Shown in pieces: positions 13,410 to 26,961 of a DNA stretch of 64,000 nt (the first letter of the stretch is position 1; every line of letters begins with the position of its first letter). The notes beneath the pieces are model-generated. The model searched no databases, was not told the DNA's origin, and saw only the letters and a list, made by a program, of their open reading frames with translations. Origin of the DNA: Phoronis australis (taxonomy: Eukaryota; Animalia; Phoronida); contig NMRA01000208.1 of NCBI GenBank assembly GCA_002633005.1, positions 597,606 to 661,605 on the forward strand. The letters are read 5' to 3'. A program made the translations under genes and the position numbers.

Positions 13410-15384
13410 AGTTAACCCTCAGTTTCTTGTGAGCAGTCAGGGGCTGTATAAAGTATATGTGCACCACACCTATGTTATATACTCATAAATCCTATTATGC
13501 GATTGCGTCTACTTCTCTCAACCATTTCGCCAGACTGTCGATGAGTAGAGAACACGCCCAAGAAACATACTATCAGACAATCAAATAGAGATGTCGTCAT
13601 ACGGTCATATCAAGCCTTTAACAAGTAACAACTCAGTTCAAAGTGTTTGTACGCTGCGACCAATGCCGTGGCTGGCGTTAAAAGAATAGTTATTTGATGG
13701 CTCTCAAACTGTCATGTTTTTCGACGAATCAGCATTGTCATTTTAAATAGTGTTTTTAATGGGTTCGTGCCCTTTGAGTGAATAACAGTATGTAGGTGTC
13801 CAGTCATCGAACGATGGGAGCAGTTGCATCTAAGCGATGCTAAGTTTCACTGTTCATTTAAATTTTACTTTCAGACCATACATAATATTAACTGTTCACG
13901 GTGATAAAAAGGATTAAGTGCTGGGTTTTAGTACAGCCAATCTTCCTCAAATCCCCTTAATGTTTTTCCAAGGGACGAACGAGCAAACGGCAACGACACA
14001 ATCTACGTTTGTATTACAAGAAGTTTTACCACGCCTTATTTGTAGAAAACAAACTGAAATTGAAATGTTTTAAGATTCCATGAATTGTGTTTTATTGACT
14101 AAAATAGCAAGATCAGCGATATCAAAACTAATGAAAGTATAAGGCATTTTAATAACCAGGTAGAAATGATCAATTTATAAGTTGGATTATTTCAAGGGTT
14201 ATTGAACCTCCGCAATACAGTATGTGTTCCGTAACCTCGTTGCTCGCCCACTCACTTGGTTGAGCATAGCTGAAGAAAACAAATTAGACCAAAACACATA
14301 ATTGATTATGGTCTGAAAATCGACGCGGTGGTGCAATATTTTTTAAATTCTCACTTTTTCAAAAAAGAAATTCCACCTGAGACGAGCAAAAATGATGGGG
14401 GGTTGTTTTTTCTTGAGTATCCATCGCGTGGCAACTCATGGCGTTTCAACCCTTAGTTACCCTTGTTTAGGTGCCTTTGTGCAGTTTTTCAAAACAAAAA
14501 ACACGAAACCTTGACTAAAGTTGTTTAGTCAGTGGGCGCAGGTCTGAAAACGAGTCGGAGTACGGTACAGAATATCGTATTACGTTGAGGGCGGAGGCTT
14601 TGGAGTGGTTTCATTTTTGTCAGTTGCCACCCAAACAAAAAAACTCAAACAGCGCAATGTGCACTAAAATATAGGAAAGCCAGATATTCTTATAATTCTG
14701 GTCCTAGTAGGCATACTAGTTCTAGAACTTAGATTCGCATTTAATATGGCTATTCCATATAGTTGTGAACGCTTACATTTCATTTGTACAGTGATAACCA
14801 AATGCGACCCTTTGTTTAAGATGGACAGTAAAGAGAACGATTCGTCCATTTCAAATGGGACCAAGGCGCCTGTTTTATTTGTTAAACAGGCGTTTCATTT
14901 TAAGTCCGAGTTGCTCAAATAAAATCTTGATAATTAATTTCACAAAAGTATTTTAACGCGTCAATAAACATGTACCTATCAGGTGTTCAAAAAGTAATTC
15001 GTGGGTGACATATTTGAAAATGCGCACCTCGTGATTCTCAACGAAAAGCAATTATAGAATTTGTTTTGTTCATGTCTCTTGACATATCAACTAATAGAAG
15101 TGTTTCGCTAGCGTTTAATACATAACGTGCAGGCACCGAAACTTGCTGGGTGTGGGAATGAGACACCACCAAACACGGTTTCTTACTAGGACAAAATGTG
15201 ACCACTTAAGTAAAGCACATTGGTGGTTAATTTGCAGGAAATTAGTTACGTGGCAGACCCAGACCCGTAGGAAGGGGACATGACTTGTTTAGCTTTGTGC
15301 AACTCTGCACTTTGTCGTCACTCAACCACATCCGCTGAACTTCTTCCTAATGATAGCCTTCAAGAGTGGCATAGTCGTCACTGA

Positions 15385-15458
15385 AGTATCGTCCCTGACC
15401 ACTGGCTCAGCCAGGATGGTCAGTATCGTCCCTGACCACTGGCACAGCCAGGATGGTC
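15385..15458. repeat. 37-bp tandem duplication
   Basis: AGTATCGTCCCTGACCACTGGC(T/A)CAGCCAGGATGGTC occurs twice, at 15385 and 15422. Confidence 0.85.
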
Positions 15459-16133
15459 ATTGTCAAAAAAAACCGGGTCGACAATTCGATTTTCCGTTTG
15501 CCTAGAGTGCCGTATGAAAGATTCTCGAAGCTCTTAAGCTATAGAAGACTAGACCTCAATGATTTGAGCTGCACGGTTGTCACTATCCCCACCTCCCACC
15601 CTCCCATCCTCGCCGACACAGCTGTCGAGCTCCAACTGAAGGTCGCACGACTACCAAACTGGCCACAATTTTCACTGCGCCCTGGGCAAACTTTTGAGGG
15701 GGCGTCTGTGGCTAATACGAGGTGTCTGCACTTCCTGCATAATCTTTCCGTTAAGTGACGTTTTGTCATTTAGTGTCATATCTTTAAAGTAGCCGTGAAA
15801 ACAGACTGAATTGCGTTATTCAAAGAGGTTCTTTGGTGGCGCTTTTCAGATATTTTTACGGCTTGTTCGTAAAGATTTTGAATTTCTATTGATTTCGAAG
15901 CATTTGTCTTAGTTTCAAGCTTCAATAAATGATCCGTGTCAACTGCTCGTTACTTCATCGAATTTTTCTCGCAAGGCAAAGCACTTCTCCTTATTTGGTG
16001 TGACAAGAAATATAGACGTAGTACTTTTCCCTTATATGGAAAATGTGACCTTTGACCTTTGATGTAAACAAGACAATGGTGACGTAAGCAGCAGCCAGAG
16101 AGATTACGGTCAAGTGTTAAAGTTAGTTATAAA

Positions 16134-16212
16134 CATGGGGGCGCACCATNACAGGGGGGGGGGGGGGGGGGGGGGCATAGCCCCCCATTTTTTCAGCGAT
16201 GCGCCACCCATG
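16134..16212. mobile_element. Short MITE-like remnant with a poly-G tract and an N gap
   Basis: Imperfect inverted ends CATGGGGGCGCACC / GATGCGCCACCCATG around a G-run. No clear TSD. Confidence 0.4.
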
Positions 16213-17479
16213 GTAAAGGTATCATAGTAATGAAATATACTTTAAAATGCACTTGAAACTATTTTTGGAGAATTGCTTACTTCACTGGCTTGTCTCATAC
16301 TGTGATGTCGACCTCAGATTCGGTGTGCGATCACGCATGAAGATCTGCCGTTATATCCATCTTGTCAGTATGCTGTTTGTGGAATGGCTGTGAGCGCATG
16401 CGTGCATTTATGATAAGTGGGAGAGCGATAAGAATATTTGTGGTGACTAGAGAGGTTTTGGTTCGCGCTTATTTCAAACATAGTGTATTTTGTGTTTTTT
16501 TCGGGAAATTTCTCACAGTGGAAAGTGAATAACTCTGTAGTAGACGTTGTAATACGGCATTTTCGTTAAGAATTGTTTGAAGGATGTTTTTGACGAGCAA
16601 TCGCTTTCCATGCCTCTTTAAATTGTTTTCAATTCAATTTGTTTGCCTAGACTTCTTGCGGTCAGTATTGCCTGTAGTGATTGCATTTTTGTATTTATAA
16701 CCTTCCATACTCATAATTCTTATATTTTTATTGGCTAATTTTGCAACTTCAATTATCTAGACGCCATTTCAATTTTCAAATTTTCCTTATTCCAAATCTT
16801 GTGTTTCAACTATTGCCACGGACGACTGCTGCACAGTATTTTACCGCACTCATCCGACTTACCGTCCTAGAGGTGGGGGAAAGGTTAGCATAGACGTTAA
16901 TCCGTATGAGTACTGTATTTCTTACTGAACTCACACGAACTTTTATAACGCATTTCATTAACATTAGCCCTTAATACACAAAAATGCCTAAGATATTTTA
17001 CCCAAAGGACGATATCTTCAAAACCACGGAAACCATGTGTTATAACCCGCCATGGGAATCATCAATATAACAATTGTCACACCCGTTAAAAACACAAAGA
17101 AACCAAGAATTACCATCACACGCACAATTTAATAGATAATTAGTCCTCCGACAAGAATGTAAAGGTTTTTAATGCCAACGAAACAACAATCAATAAGTGA
17201 TTTAAAACAAATATCTACCAAGCGCTTTTCAAACCGCACAGAAATAAATTCCACTAAAAATATTTAAGTCGATAAATCGCATTTCCATGACTTTTGTTAC
17301 GACGGGCCTTTGATGACTTTGATTACTGAGGGAAAAATTCCATAGTACAAACCGTAAGAACACCTACTGTCAATCACATTTTAACCCAAAGAGTACCGCC
17401 TATTTATCTATTATTCGGGACATATGTCGATCATAAATAGTACCGCGTATTCTTAAAAATACGCTGTACCATTTTAATG

Positions 17480-18965
17480 GTGAGCGAGACCAGACAACTT
17501 TGCCTCGATACTTTTCTTAAATATTGTCGTACAGTAGAAGGTAATGATGTCTGGTTGTTAGTTTATTAGTAGATTTAAAAAACATGAGCAAGTTTTTGAT
17601 TTAATTTCTACTTAAAACAATCAGGTTCAAGAGGGCAAGTTGGTCCGGACTTGGTGATGGAGCGAGCTCGCCTTGCCCCCTGGCTGAGTGAGTTCGACTC
17701 GTCCGTGGAAAGGTTATTTAATAAAAAACAACTCTATGGGGTCATTGATCATTCACTTGACAAATTTAAGTTCAACTTCAAGTTATTGTCAATTGTACTA
17801 TATATTTTGTAACACTAATATTCATGAATAATCATTAAACATGTAAAAAAAATGAATCTGAAAATACAACACCCCCACTAGCTGTCATTGTAAATTTTAT
17901 ATAAAAGAATATTAAACTCTTGTTGCGGAGATTTCAGTCAACCTGCTCTGCTAAACCACCATTAGCGTCACACTTGAGTGTTAAAACCAATATTTAAACT
18001 AGAAAAACCCTTACTCACTTCTCAGTCACAAGGCGGGTCATGTGGTTTGTAGTGCTTAGTCCATCCCCACGAAAGTCTTTCATGTGAGGAATACTGTACA
18101 TATTGATAACAAAGTAAACTTGCTTTTTACAAAAGGTGGACGGAAAAAGGTTTCCATATTGTAGGTGGCCCGATTCATTTTTCAGGATGACTTCTTGAAT
18201 ATCGCTTGGGAGATTTTGCCCACCTTATACATTTATATCTAGGTGTCCGTACAGTAATTAAAAATAAGGGACACGTTTGATTATGAACAAATTGTACTTA
18301 GCATACCAACATCATCTTGTATTTATCAAATTAACAACATGTCACAGACTGGGGTTAATGATTTTTATAATATATTTGTCGACAATGCCTACATTCGATT
18401 GTCTTCGGAAATTAAGTGGAATCTGTGCATACCTCGGCGTGACAGATGAGATTACAGGACTATACACAAATGAAATGGTTGCAATTTAGACTGATTCACA
18501 ATCTTGCTCTAATTCTTGTTTTTTTCTGAAAAAAATTACATAGCTGATGATTCTGATCTTTGTACTTTCTGTACTGACGTCATCGAAACTGGCATACGTC
18601 TTTTTAGGCAATAGTCTTGTAAAATGCTTGTGGATTATCGGTATGGCTAAACCGAGTTTCTATTGAGAATGTCTCTATATCAACTAAAAGAGATCTTGTT
18701 TGTCTTTTTCTGACTCTTCTTAGAAAGTGTTAGTATACAATATAATTGTGCTCAACTAGAATGGTCTTATTTTAACAAAAACGGTAATATTCCGTAGTTT
18801 GGCCACTTACAAAATTCTATTATTACATAGCGTAAAATAGATAAATTTATACTTTTACAGATACGTTCCATGTTGGAGAAAGTTTGTGTTGGCTTTCATA
18901 GATATAGGTGTCACACATGTACAACTTGTATATGTGTATACGAGTTTTGATTTGAAACAAAAAAT
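17480..18965 (+). mobile_element. Degraded 3' end of a non-LTR retrotransposon (L1/Tx1-like ORF2 C-terminus)
   Basis: Fragments MKWLQFRLIHN (~18469) and DSDLCTFCTDVIETGIRLF (~18548) match the zf-RVT CxxC...ETxxHLF pattern; A-rich end near 18960. The 5' boundary is approximate. Confidence 0.6.
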
Positions 18966-19381
18966 AATCATAAACTATGTCTATTACTAACGGTAAACTT
19001 TGAAGCACAGCATTTACAAAGGAAAAACATTATCTACCTGCATCATTCATTCACTCTGCAAGAATGAAAATTGCAAAATTATGAATTAAATATTGCAATA
19101 GCTTATTTTTGCGTGTTTGAGGCAACACTGTCCAAAACAAGAGGCACCAATATTGGAACAAAAATACAGAGTTGTTGACCATAGAACTGTACAAGACGGT
19201 GAGTCATGTGCTCTCATTTAAACAAAGAAAAAGAAATAAATTGAAGCACTTATCCCAAGATAGGTCATTTTTAAAATTCTGCAACAATCCTCCACAACAA
19301 GTGCTGGTAGAAAGTGAATTTTATCTGCTCTATTACTAACTGGTCTAGTACTGTTAGGCATTGTAATGCTGTGGATTGAAC

Positions 19382-19975
19382 TGTTGTGAATTGTATTGTT
19401 ATGCATTGTACTGTTATGTACTGTACTGTTATGTACTGTAATGTTATGTACTGCACTGTTATGCAACTGTACTGTTATGTAGTGCACTGTTATGCACTGT
19501 ACTGTTATGCAACTGTACTGTTATGTAGTGCACTGTTATGCACTGTACTGTTATGCATTGTACTGTTATGCATTGTACTGTTATGCACTGTTCTGTTATG
19601 CACTGTACTGTTATGTAGTGCACTGTTATGCACTGTACTGTTATGCACTGTACTGTTATGCACTGTACTGTTATGCAACTTTTATGCACTGTTCTGTTAT
19701 GCACTGTACTGTTATGTACTGTACTGTTATGCACTGCACTGTTATGCACTGCACTGTTATGCACTGCACTGTTATGCACTGTACTGTTATGCACTGTACT
19801 GTTATGCAACTGTACTGTTATGTAGTGCACTGTTATGCACTGCACTGTTATGCACTGTACTGTTATGTACTGTACTGTTATGCACTGTACTGTAATGTAG
19901 TGAAGTATAATGGATTGTGCTGTTACCAACTGAACTATAATGCATTGCACTGAACTATTGTACTGTTACATAATG
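19382..19975. repeat. Pentamer-based satellite, 15-bp unit TGTTATGCACTGTAC
   Basis: Dozens of tandem units. This repeat explains the CTVLL/HCTVM ORFs. Confidence 0.95.
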
Positions 19976-20560
19976 TACATTGCACATAGTTGCAATATTT
20001 ATGATCCTGAAATATCACTCAAACCATTTCTTAATCTCTGAAAAAATTGGTGAGCAGTCACAGGTGTAACTCAGACTTGTTATTTTTGGTAAGTCATTCA
20101 ATGAAACTGTCTCTGGCAAAACATGAAATTACCAACTCCAGTGATCTTTAACAGGATTGTTAGGCAGATTTTCCTCCACCACAAAAATGAACCAACTTCC
20201 CAAGGGATAAAAATGTGCTTTAACCACATGTTCCAAACTGAATAAAAAATTTTCAATAATTTGAAAATTTATTACCAATAATAACAATCAACATCAGGAA
20301 CACCAAAGAAAAATGCAGGGCAGGGAAACAATTCAGCAGCTGAACCCATAAATATCCAACCAGAGATAAGATAGTAGGCACTGACCTACTGTGACTCAGA
20401 GCTGATGGGCCAGAGCTCATGAGCTTGCACATCAGGTTGTTTCACCTCCCTGAAATGTTTGTCATTTAAGGTTACGTGCAACCCTATTAAACTCACTTAT
20501 GGCACTATCTCTGAAATATCTACCTTTGGTTGTACAGAAAAACTATTATAACTTAATTGC

Positions 20561-21131
20561 AAAACAAGAGCAACGCAGAGCGTTGAAATGCGCCCACAAT
20601 TGCACCGCATACGGTATCCTTCTAGGGTTGTTTATTGGTACCATAAAGTGGCCAGTAGAGGGCATATATGTAGTATGTTGTACTTAGCAAAATGGAAAGG
20701 CATGGTCATTGTCTCCTCAATAGGCTAGGGGCAAAATGTGAGTAATCTTCATAATACAAGCACATCCTATACACCAGTTGCTTAAAGCACCACAGAAACA
20801 TAGAATTAAAAACAAATTTACCAACATACGAGATTAGCACAGCATTAGAATGCCAGAAACAAATTTCTACTTNCCGTTTAGGACTTTTGAAGATACAAAG
20901 GTAAGCGTAAAAAACTAAAATTGCCACTAGGGGGCACACCGGTAGTCGGATCCGTCCGAAAGTTCGCACATGCCGTCCCATTCATGAATGGAACATGTGT
21001 GCTAAATTTCATGAACGTATGTCAAAGGGTTTTGGAGATAGAGCAGCGGACGCCGGACGCCGCCCGGACGGACGGATGGACAGAGATGACGGCATAATGC
21101 GTCCACATATAAATATGTGGGCGCATAATAA
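20561..21131 (+). mobile_element. Non-autonomous Helentron/HINE (Pearl/DTC-like) element
   Basis: Starts AAACAAGAG. Subterminal ATGCGCCCAC (~20588) is complementary to GTGGGCGCAT (~21117). GGAC-type microsatellite at 21047-21082 and 3' hairpin ATGCGTCCACATAT-AA-ATATGTGGGCGCAT. Confidence 0.65.
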
Positions 21132-21214
21132 AGAAATGATAAAAACTTGTCACCTGCAGGGTTATAGCACAACACGCAGAGTCGCACACTAACCAGGTGT
21201 GACACTGAAGACAA

Positions 21215-21483
21215 CAGGGGGTCTGTTTCATGACAAGTGACTCATGACAAGTGACTCATGATTTAAGTCACAAATTTGGTCTCACACAACTCACACCTAT
21301 TTCTGAAAAATAGTTAAATGTCACTTGAACAAATGTACAAAGTCTCTGCAAATATACACGTAATTGTCAGTTACTGATATAATTTCTTTAAATTATTATT
21401 TCAGTGACTGTGAAAAGGAAGCGGAAGACCAAATTTCTGACTTTTAAGAATCTTTTAAGTCACTTAAATGAAACAGACCCCTG
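21215..21483. mobile_element. MITE, PIF/Harbinger-like
   Basis: Terminal inverted repeats GGGTCTGTTTCAT...AAGTGACT / AGTCACTT...ATGAAACAGACCC with CAG/CTG flanks. Confidence 0.7.
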
Positions 21484-22064
21484 AACTATAAACTCAATTA
21501 CTGCGACATACACGACTCATAGATAACTTAAGAGAAAAATCTTGAAGATTCGACTCATTCCTAACGACTTGTTAACATTTTCTAAAAAATGCAATAGAAT
21601 TGCACAATTTTTCATTGCAACCTTAAAAAAAATTAGCATTTCACATGAAACTGTTTAACAGTAAATCTGCTCCAGCTAGTAATGCATGTGTGTGATTCCT
21701 ATGTTATCTTTGACTACACAGAATAACTCAAAAGATTACTTGATATACACTCATAAACAGACAGACAAAGAACTAGTCAGGTAAATATGGAATTAAAACA
21801 AGAACCTGGTTAGCCTTTGATACTTTAACCCCACACCTTTCACTTTTTACGTAGTCTATGATTTTGTAGAGAACTATCTCTGTTGAAGGGACATGATGAA
21901 CAGAGCGAAACTAAACAATCTCAAGACGTATACATATGACTTAAACATATGAGCAGTGAGGTTAAAAAATATTTCGTGCAAATAGCTAAGACTCTTTAAC
22001 AGACATCTAACCAATCACATGTGACCTACCATAGTAAATAAAAAATGTGATGACTAATGCTTTG

Positions 22065-25000
22065 CTATAAGACCAAGAAGTCTTCATCAAGCTCCTCCTC
22101 CAACCACTGATCTTCATCCATGATCACACCCTGGAAGAGTCTATTATTACAGGGGGACGTGGGAGTGTTGAAGTGCAAGTAAGGGTTAGAGTGATTGAGC
22201 ACGACACCACACAGCCAACAGAAGTGAGCGCGACACTTGAAGCACGTCATCTTATTGCAGCCATCGATTTTCTGAAATGAAAATTGACAAACATAAGAAA
22301 AACTGAATTTTCAAAAGACAATTGTTATTTAAAAACGAACAGAATAATTGGTTCTAGTCTGCACCTGACTCTGAAACCTGCACCTCAAAACTGGCACCAG
22401 GTGGCGCTGGGTGAAGAGAAGGATCATGAAGACCCATTTCAGCCGCATCAGGGGACTTCTTCTTATTGACGATCTGGACAACTAAAGAAATACCAAATCA
22501 ATTTTTAAAAGAGCACAGACCAGAACCAGTTGTGCTATTTATGTTTGGCTTCACCTCAAACATGATAAAATTTTTAAAACAAAAAATACTTTGACCTTGC
22601 GCAAAACAGTTGAAATGGAAAAGATACCTTCTTCACGTTCAATAAATGAGGTTTAATCATCTGAAAATAGTTACTAACACGCAAGCGGCACAGCATAAAG
22701 TTCAAGCAACTCATTCTTTGGTTCCCACCCTCTATTAAGATATACAGCTAAGACACCATGTCGTGCCTACCCCCTGATTCCACAGTCATCTCCATACACA
22801 GTTCAGACAAGATGTCATTCCCACCCCCTCATCCCACAGACATCAAGAAACACAGTTCAGACAACATGCTGTTCCCAGCCCCCGATTCTCTAGTCACCTG
22901 TATCCTAGCTTTACATGAGGGGCACTGTTTACTCTCGTTCTCCAGCCATGCGCGAGAGAATGACTCCTCAATGTACTGATGGATGACACGCTTGCCGTAA
23001 CGCGACTCCAACTGCTTCTTCTCCTCTGATGATCCACTCAGGTACTGGTTTCTAAGCTTCTCCAGCTCACCTACACACAATGAATAGACTTATTGTCAAG
23101 AATGTTTGTACACATAAAGGAAAATACCATTAAAACTATTCAGAGGCTATGGTGAAATTTCAGCAGCGTCGGCCAAAAATAAAGGCCAAAACTGCCCTCT
23201 TCTTTTTAAGCACTTCTAACAAAACTATCAGTGCCAATATTTATTCAAAATATTGTCTGGTGTTAGCGTTGGTATAAAATGCAGACACGGACAAAGCATT
23301 GGTTTTCATACTACGTATCCTACATAGGAAAATGAGAAAATAAATTTCGCATGTTCGCTACATTGTGTCCTAAATAAAATTAATGGGATTTACTACTCCC
23401 ACTCATACATATAATCAACACCGCTGGGTATTCTTTCCTCAAAATCTTCACCTTCTTTGTGGTAAACAATCAACAGAGATACACTCTTCTTTGGAATATG
23501 TAGGATCTTAATATCCAAATTGTAGGAGTCGTGGTTTGTACAAGGTCATCAGGCAAAGCAGTTGATGTATTCATCAGGCAAAGCAGTTGATGTATTCAGC
23601 AACAACAGTTTTTAACACAATTGACCGACACTAAATATCAAACTGTGACTTGAAATGAGAATCAAAGAAAGACCACACTGTTTTATCAAAATTGTGTTCC
23701 GAGAGAGGACACAAAAATGTCAATAATGTTGAGTTGAAATTTGTCAGTTTTCTCAAAGCATGCTCTGTAACTGGTTAACTTTCCAGTCTAGTTTCAAGAA
23801 AAGTGGAAATACCATTGTTAGGTGAGAATTTGCTTTTTCCATCTAAGTTCAAAATCAAAATGGTGAAAAAACATATAGATCCATGGTACAATCTCACAAA
23901 TTTATGACAAAAGTAATTTTCAAAATAATTTTTTTCATTTTCTAAAAATTGGTGTTAAATGCCCAAATTTTTCAAAATATTGTCTGATGGTAGTTATGGT
24001 TACAGACCTTGATTGAGCAAAACCTACCTATCATTCAAGGACTAAGGAGAAAATAAAGTTTCAATTATCCGCCATATTGTGTCCACAACTGGTGTGATGT
24101 TACCATCTGATACAACAATGTGCTCAAGATAAACCTGTGTACAATCTCTACATATGCTACAGGCTCCAACACTACCTGCTTGAAGCCTGCATGGGGACAC
24201 ACCATGATAAACCTGTGTACAATCTCTACATATGCTACAGGCTCCAACACTACCTGCTTGAAGCCTGCACGGAGACACACCATGATAGGCAAGTTTACAC
24301 AGTATACAGAAGACATAGTGACAGTCTGGACAACTGCCCATCCCGCAGGACTGGTCAACCATCACTGGGTAGTTACAGTCCTTTCGCGGACAGTACATGA
24401 TGTCCGACATAGTGTCCAGTCCTGACTGCAAGAGTAGTCGATCGTAGCGGGAAAATAGTTCATCGGAGACCAACTCTTTCACCTAGTGCAAAGAAAAAAA
24501 AATAATACAACAGACAAACCTCAAGTAAGTCATTTTTTGTGAACTTCATTTTTTAAAAATCCCCAAATCAAGCTGCTTTTGATCAATCACTTCATTTATC
24601 ATGGGATATTAGATTGTCACTATATATAAACTGTAAATGTAAAAATGAATCCTACTGTACTTGTGCTCATCTATTAACATTTTGATGACTTGAATTTTAA
24701 CACAATTCTAACTTAAGCTAACAGTCAGTCTGTTAGTTCAATTTCTCACACATAAACACTCACCACAATTACATTTTTACACCATTAAAACAGTCGAACG
24801 CTAATAATGAATGTATGAAGGACTCTCACTGAAAAAACATGCTACCCATTCAACATGACGCATATTTCATTATTATCAAATTCATGGAATCCCCAATTAT
24901 CATAAAACGTAAAGCCAATAGATGTCTCTGATTACCTGAGATGGGTGTGCTTGACTATCACATTTCTCAGATGGACACGTCAGGGCCTTTACATTGCCAT

Positions 25001-26961
25001 CATTTATTTGCACTTCAAAGTAACTTCTCATACAGTCCTTACAGAATGTGTGTTCACACTCATAAAACTGGATACATTGAGAGCCCAGCCTGTCCATGAA
25101 ACATACGCAACAAGTTATCATGGCTTTCATGAAGGCCTCATGACGACACTTCTTGTCATACTCAAGTACGGTTGGCATCAGGAGGTCTTGCTTTGCCAGG
25201 TTCTGTATGGCCCTGGGGTCAAATGTCAAAGTTGAAGGATTGGAACTTCCATTCTCACTGTCTTCCAGATGTGGAGTTGTTTTCTGTTTCACTGAGCAAA
25301 TGTTGGACAAATCGAGTGCTGATGATAGTTCAAGGAAGTCGAAACTTTCATCCTTAAGGAAGTTTGTCCACAGAAAGAGAACTTCCTGACCTTCGTTTTC
25401 ACTCCACAACCCATCAAGTTTCCGACACAGCTCAGAAATCTACAAAGAATCATTTATTATTCTCTCCAAGCCCTCTGACTCTGCACAACAATGGAATAAA
25501 AAAGTCATGGTAGCAGATCTAATTGTGAATGAAAGAGTAAAAATCGAAACATAATGTCAACAAGACCTTGCTTTCATCTCTTAATTTCATTTTTGTTACT
25601 ATCGCCAAGAACATTGATTGAAAGAAAATTGGAACTCATCAAGTGCATTTGATGTTATGAAAATTTTGTTGTAATACTAGAATTATTATTTCTTCCGAAG
25701 CTTATAATTACTTTTAATTGGAATAATTACAGTAGCTTAGAACCAATTTCAGAGAAGCAAGACTTCCAATTCAAAAGTAAATGTTTTTGACATTTAAAAT
25801 TACTGATGAGATGTGCATAGCACCTTCAATTACCTGATGTAAACTTAGCCATTCACAAGCTAAAGAGAAGGAAGGAGCAGAGCATGATGGGTAATCCTCA
25901 GGAAGTTGGAAGAACAAGGTGACAGGGGGAAGGTATTGCACATGGTGGCGGACTGAAAGGTCCTCTTTTCCTGAAAACAAATATGACAATGAGAAAAGGG
26001 TATGGTGTTTGAGGCAAGATTAATATGATGGAATGAATATATGATGACCTAGCTTACAACTCTGAAAACCCATTTTAAAAAAATAACAGTTAAACAAGAC
26101 CGACGTGTAATATACACTCTACCAAATAAATTAACAGTTTTAAATTAGATGACATGTCCTATGCCGTGTAAAATGTTCAATGCAGTGTTATCCTTCTGAG
26201 GATATCTCTTTTATTAGTTAACATTTTAAATGTTTAAACTCATTGTGTTGAAAAATTTCAAAACTGTAATATAAAATAATACATGCATCTTCAACCAGCA
26301 TGAAGAAGATCGAGATATCAGAAATCCCACCAAAGTCTCTCTCACTCCTCTCATTCAAGATACAAAAAGTAAATCCCACCAGGTGGTTCTATGTATAAAA
26401 GAGACACCTGGTGGCATTTACTTTTTATAACGTTCTCCACAATACAAAATTCAAACTTGACGGGACATACAAAATCTCATGCACAAGTATGAAAATCCAT
26501 ATAAATATTGCGGGGATTTGTATGTCAGTTGTCAAGCATTAGAATCGACGACTGCGAAGAAGGTAAAACTTGGTGTATAGGTTCTGAAACTCAATGCATT
26601 CAGAAAAAATTGAAACCCGTTTGCTGTGATGAGGCAAAACAGGTTGTGGAGAACACCGACTAAAAAGTTACACACTTCACCCATTCCACCCTTAGACACA
26701 AACCCTCTATTTCTAAAGTTGTGCAACTCGGTGAATCCTATGAGCAGAATATTCATACATCAATTCAAAGAGCTACTTACTAGATTTCGGGTTTTGCTCA
26801 CTCCCAAACAAAATTTCAAACTCCTCAGGAAGATTTAAAGATGCTCTGAACTCTCCACCGAGCACATTGTCTTCTCTTGACTCACTGAACTCAGAGTCAT
26901 CATAGATGGCGCTAAGTGCAATCAACTCATTCTCCTGAGCTTCTTGATTACTATTGGACAT
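22065..26961 (-). CDS. RNF14: E3 ubiquitin ligase RNF14 (RWD + RING1-IBR-RING2); exons 26961-26781, 25970-25834, 25439-24936, 24482-24254, 23070-22898, 22271-22065
   Basis: RWD domain (QENELIALSAIY, YLPPVTLFFQLPEDYPS, GQEVLFLW); RING1 CCVC...CEHTFCKDC...CP; IBR YCPRKDC; RING2 CPSC...KIDGCNKMTCFKCRAHFCWLC. All splice phases are consistent. Confidence 0.95.

Noticed and set aside
17640-17710. B-box-like words (GAGTTCGACTC here, GGCTCGAATC near 44381) as tRNA genes or SINEs
   Set aside because: No convincing A box or cloverleaf.
19218-19953. Cys-rich ORFs on both strands (metallothionein- or keratin-associated-like)
   Set aside because: These are translations of a 15-bp satellite that lacks stop codons in most frames.
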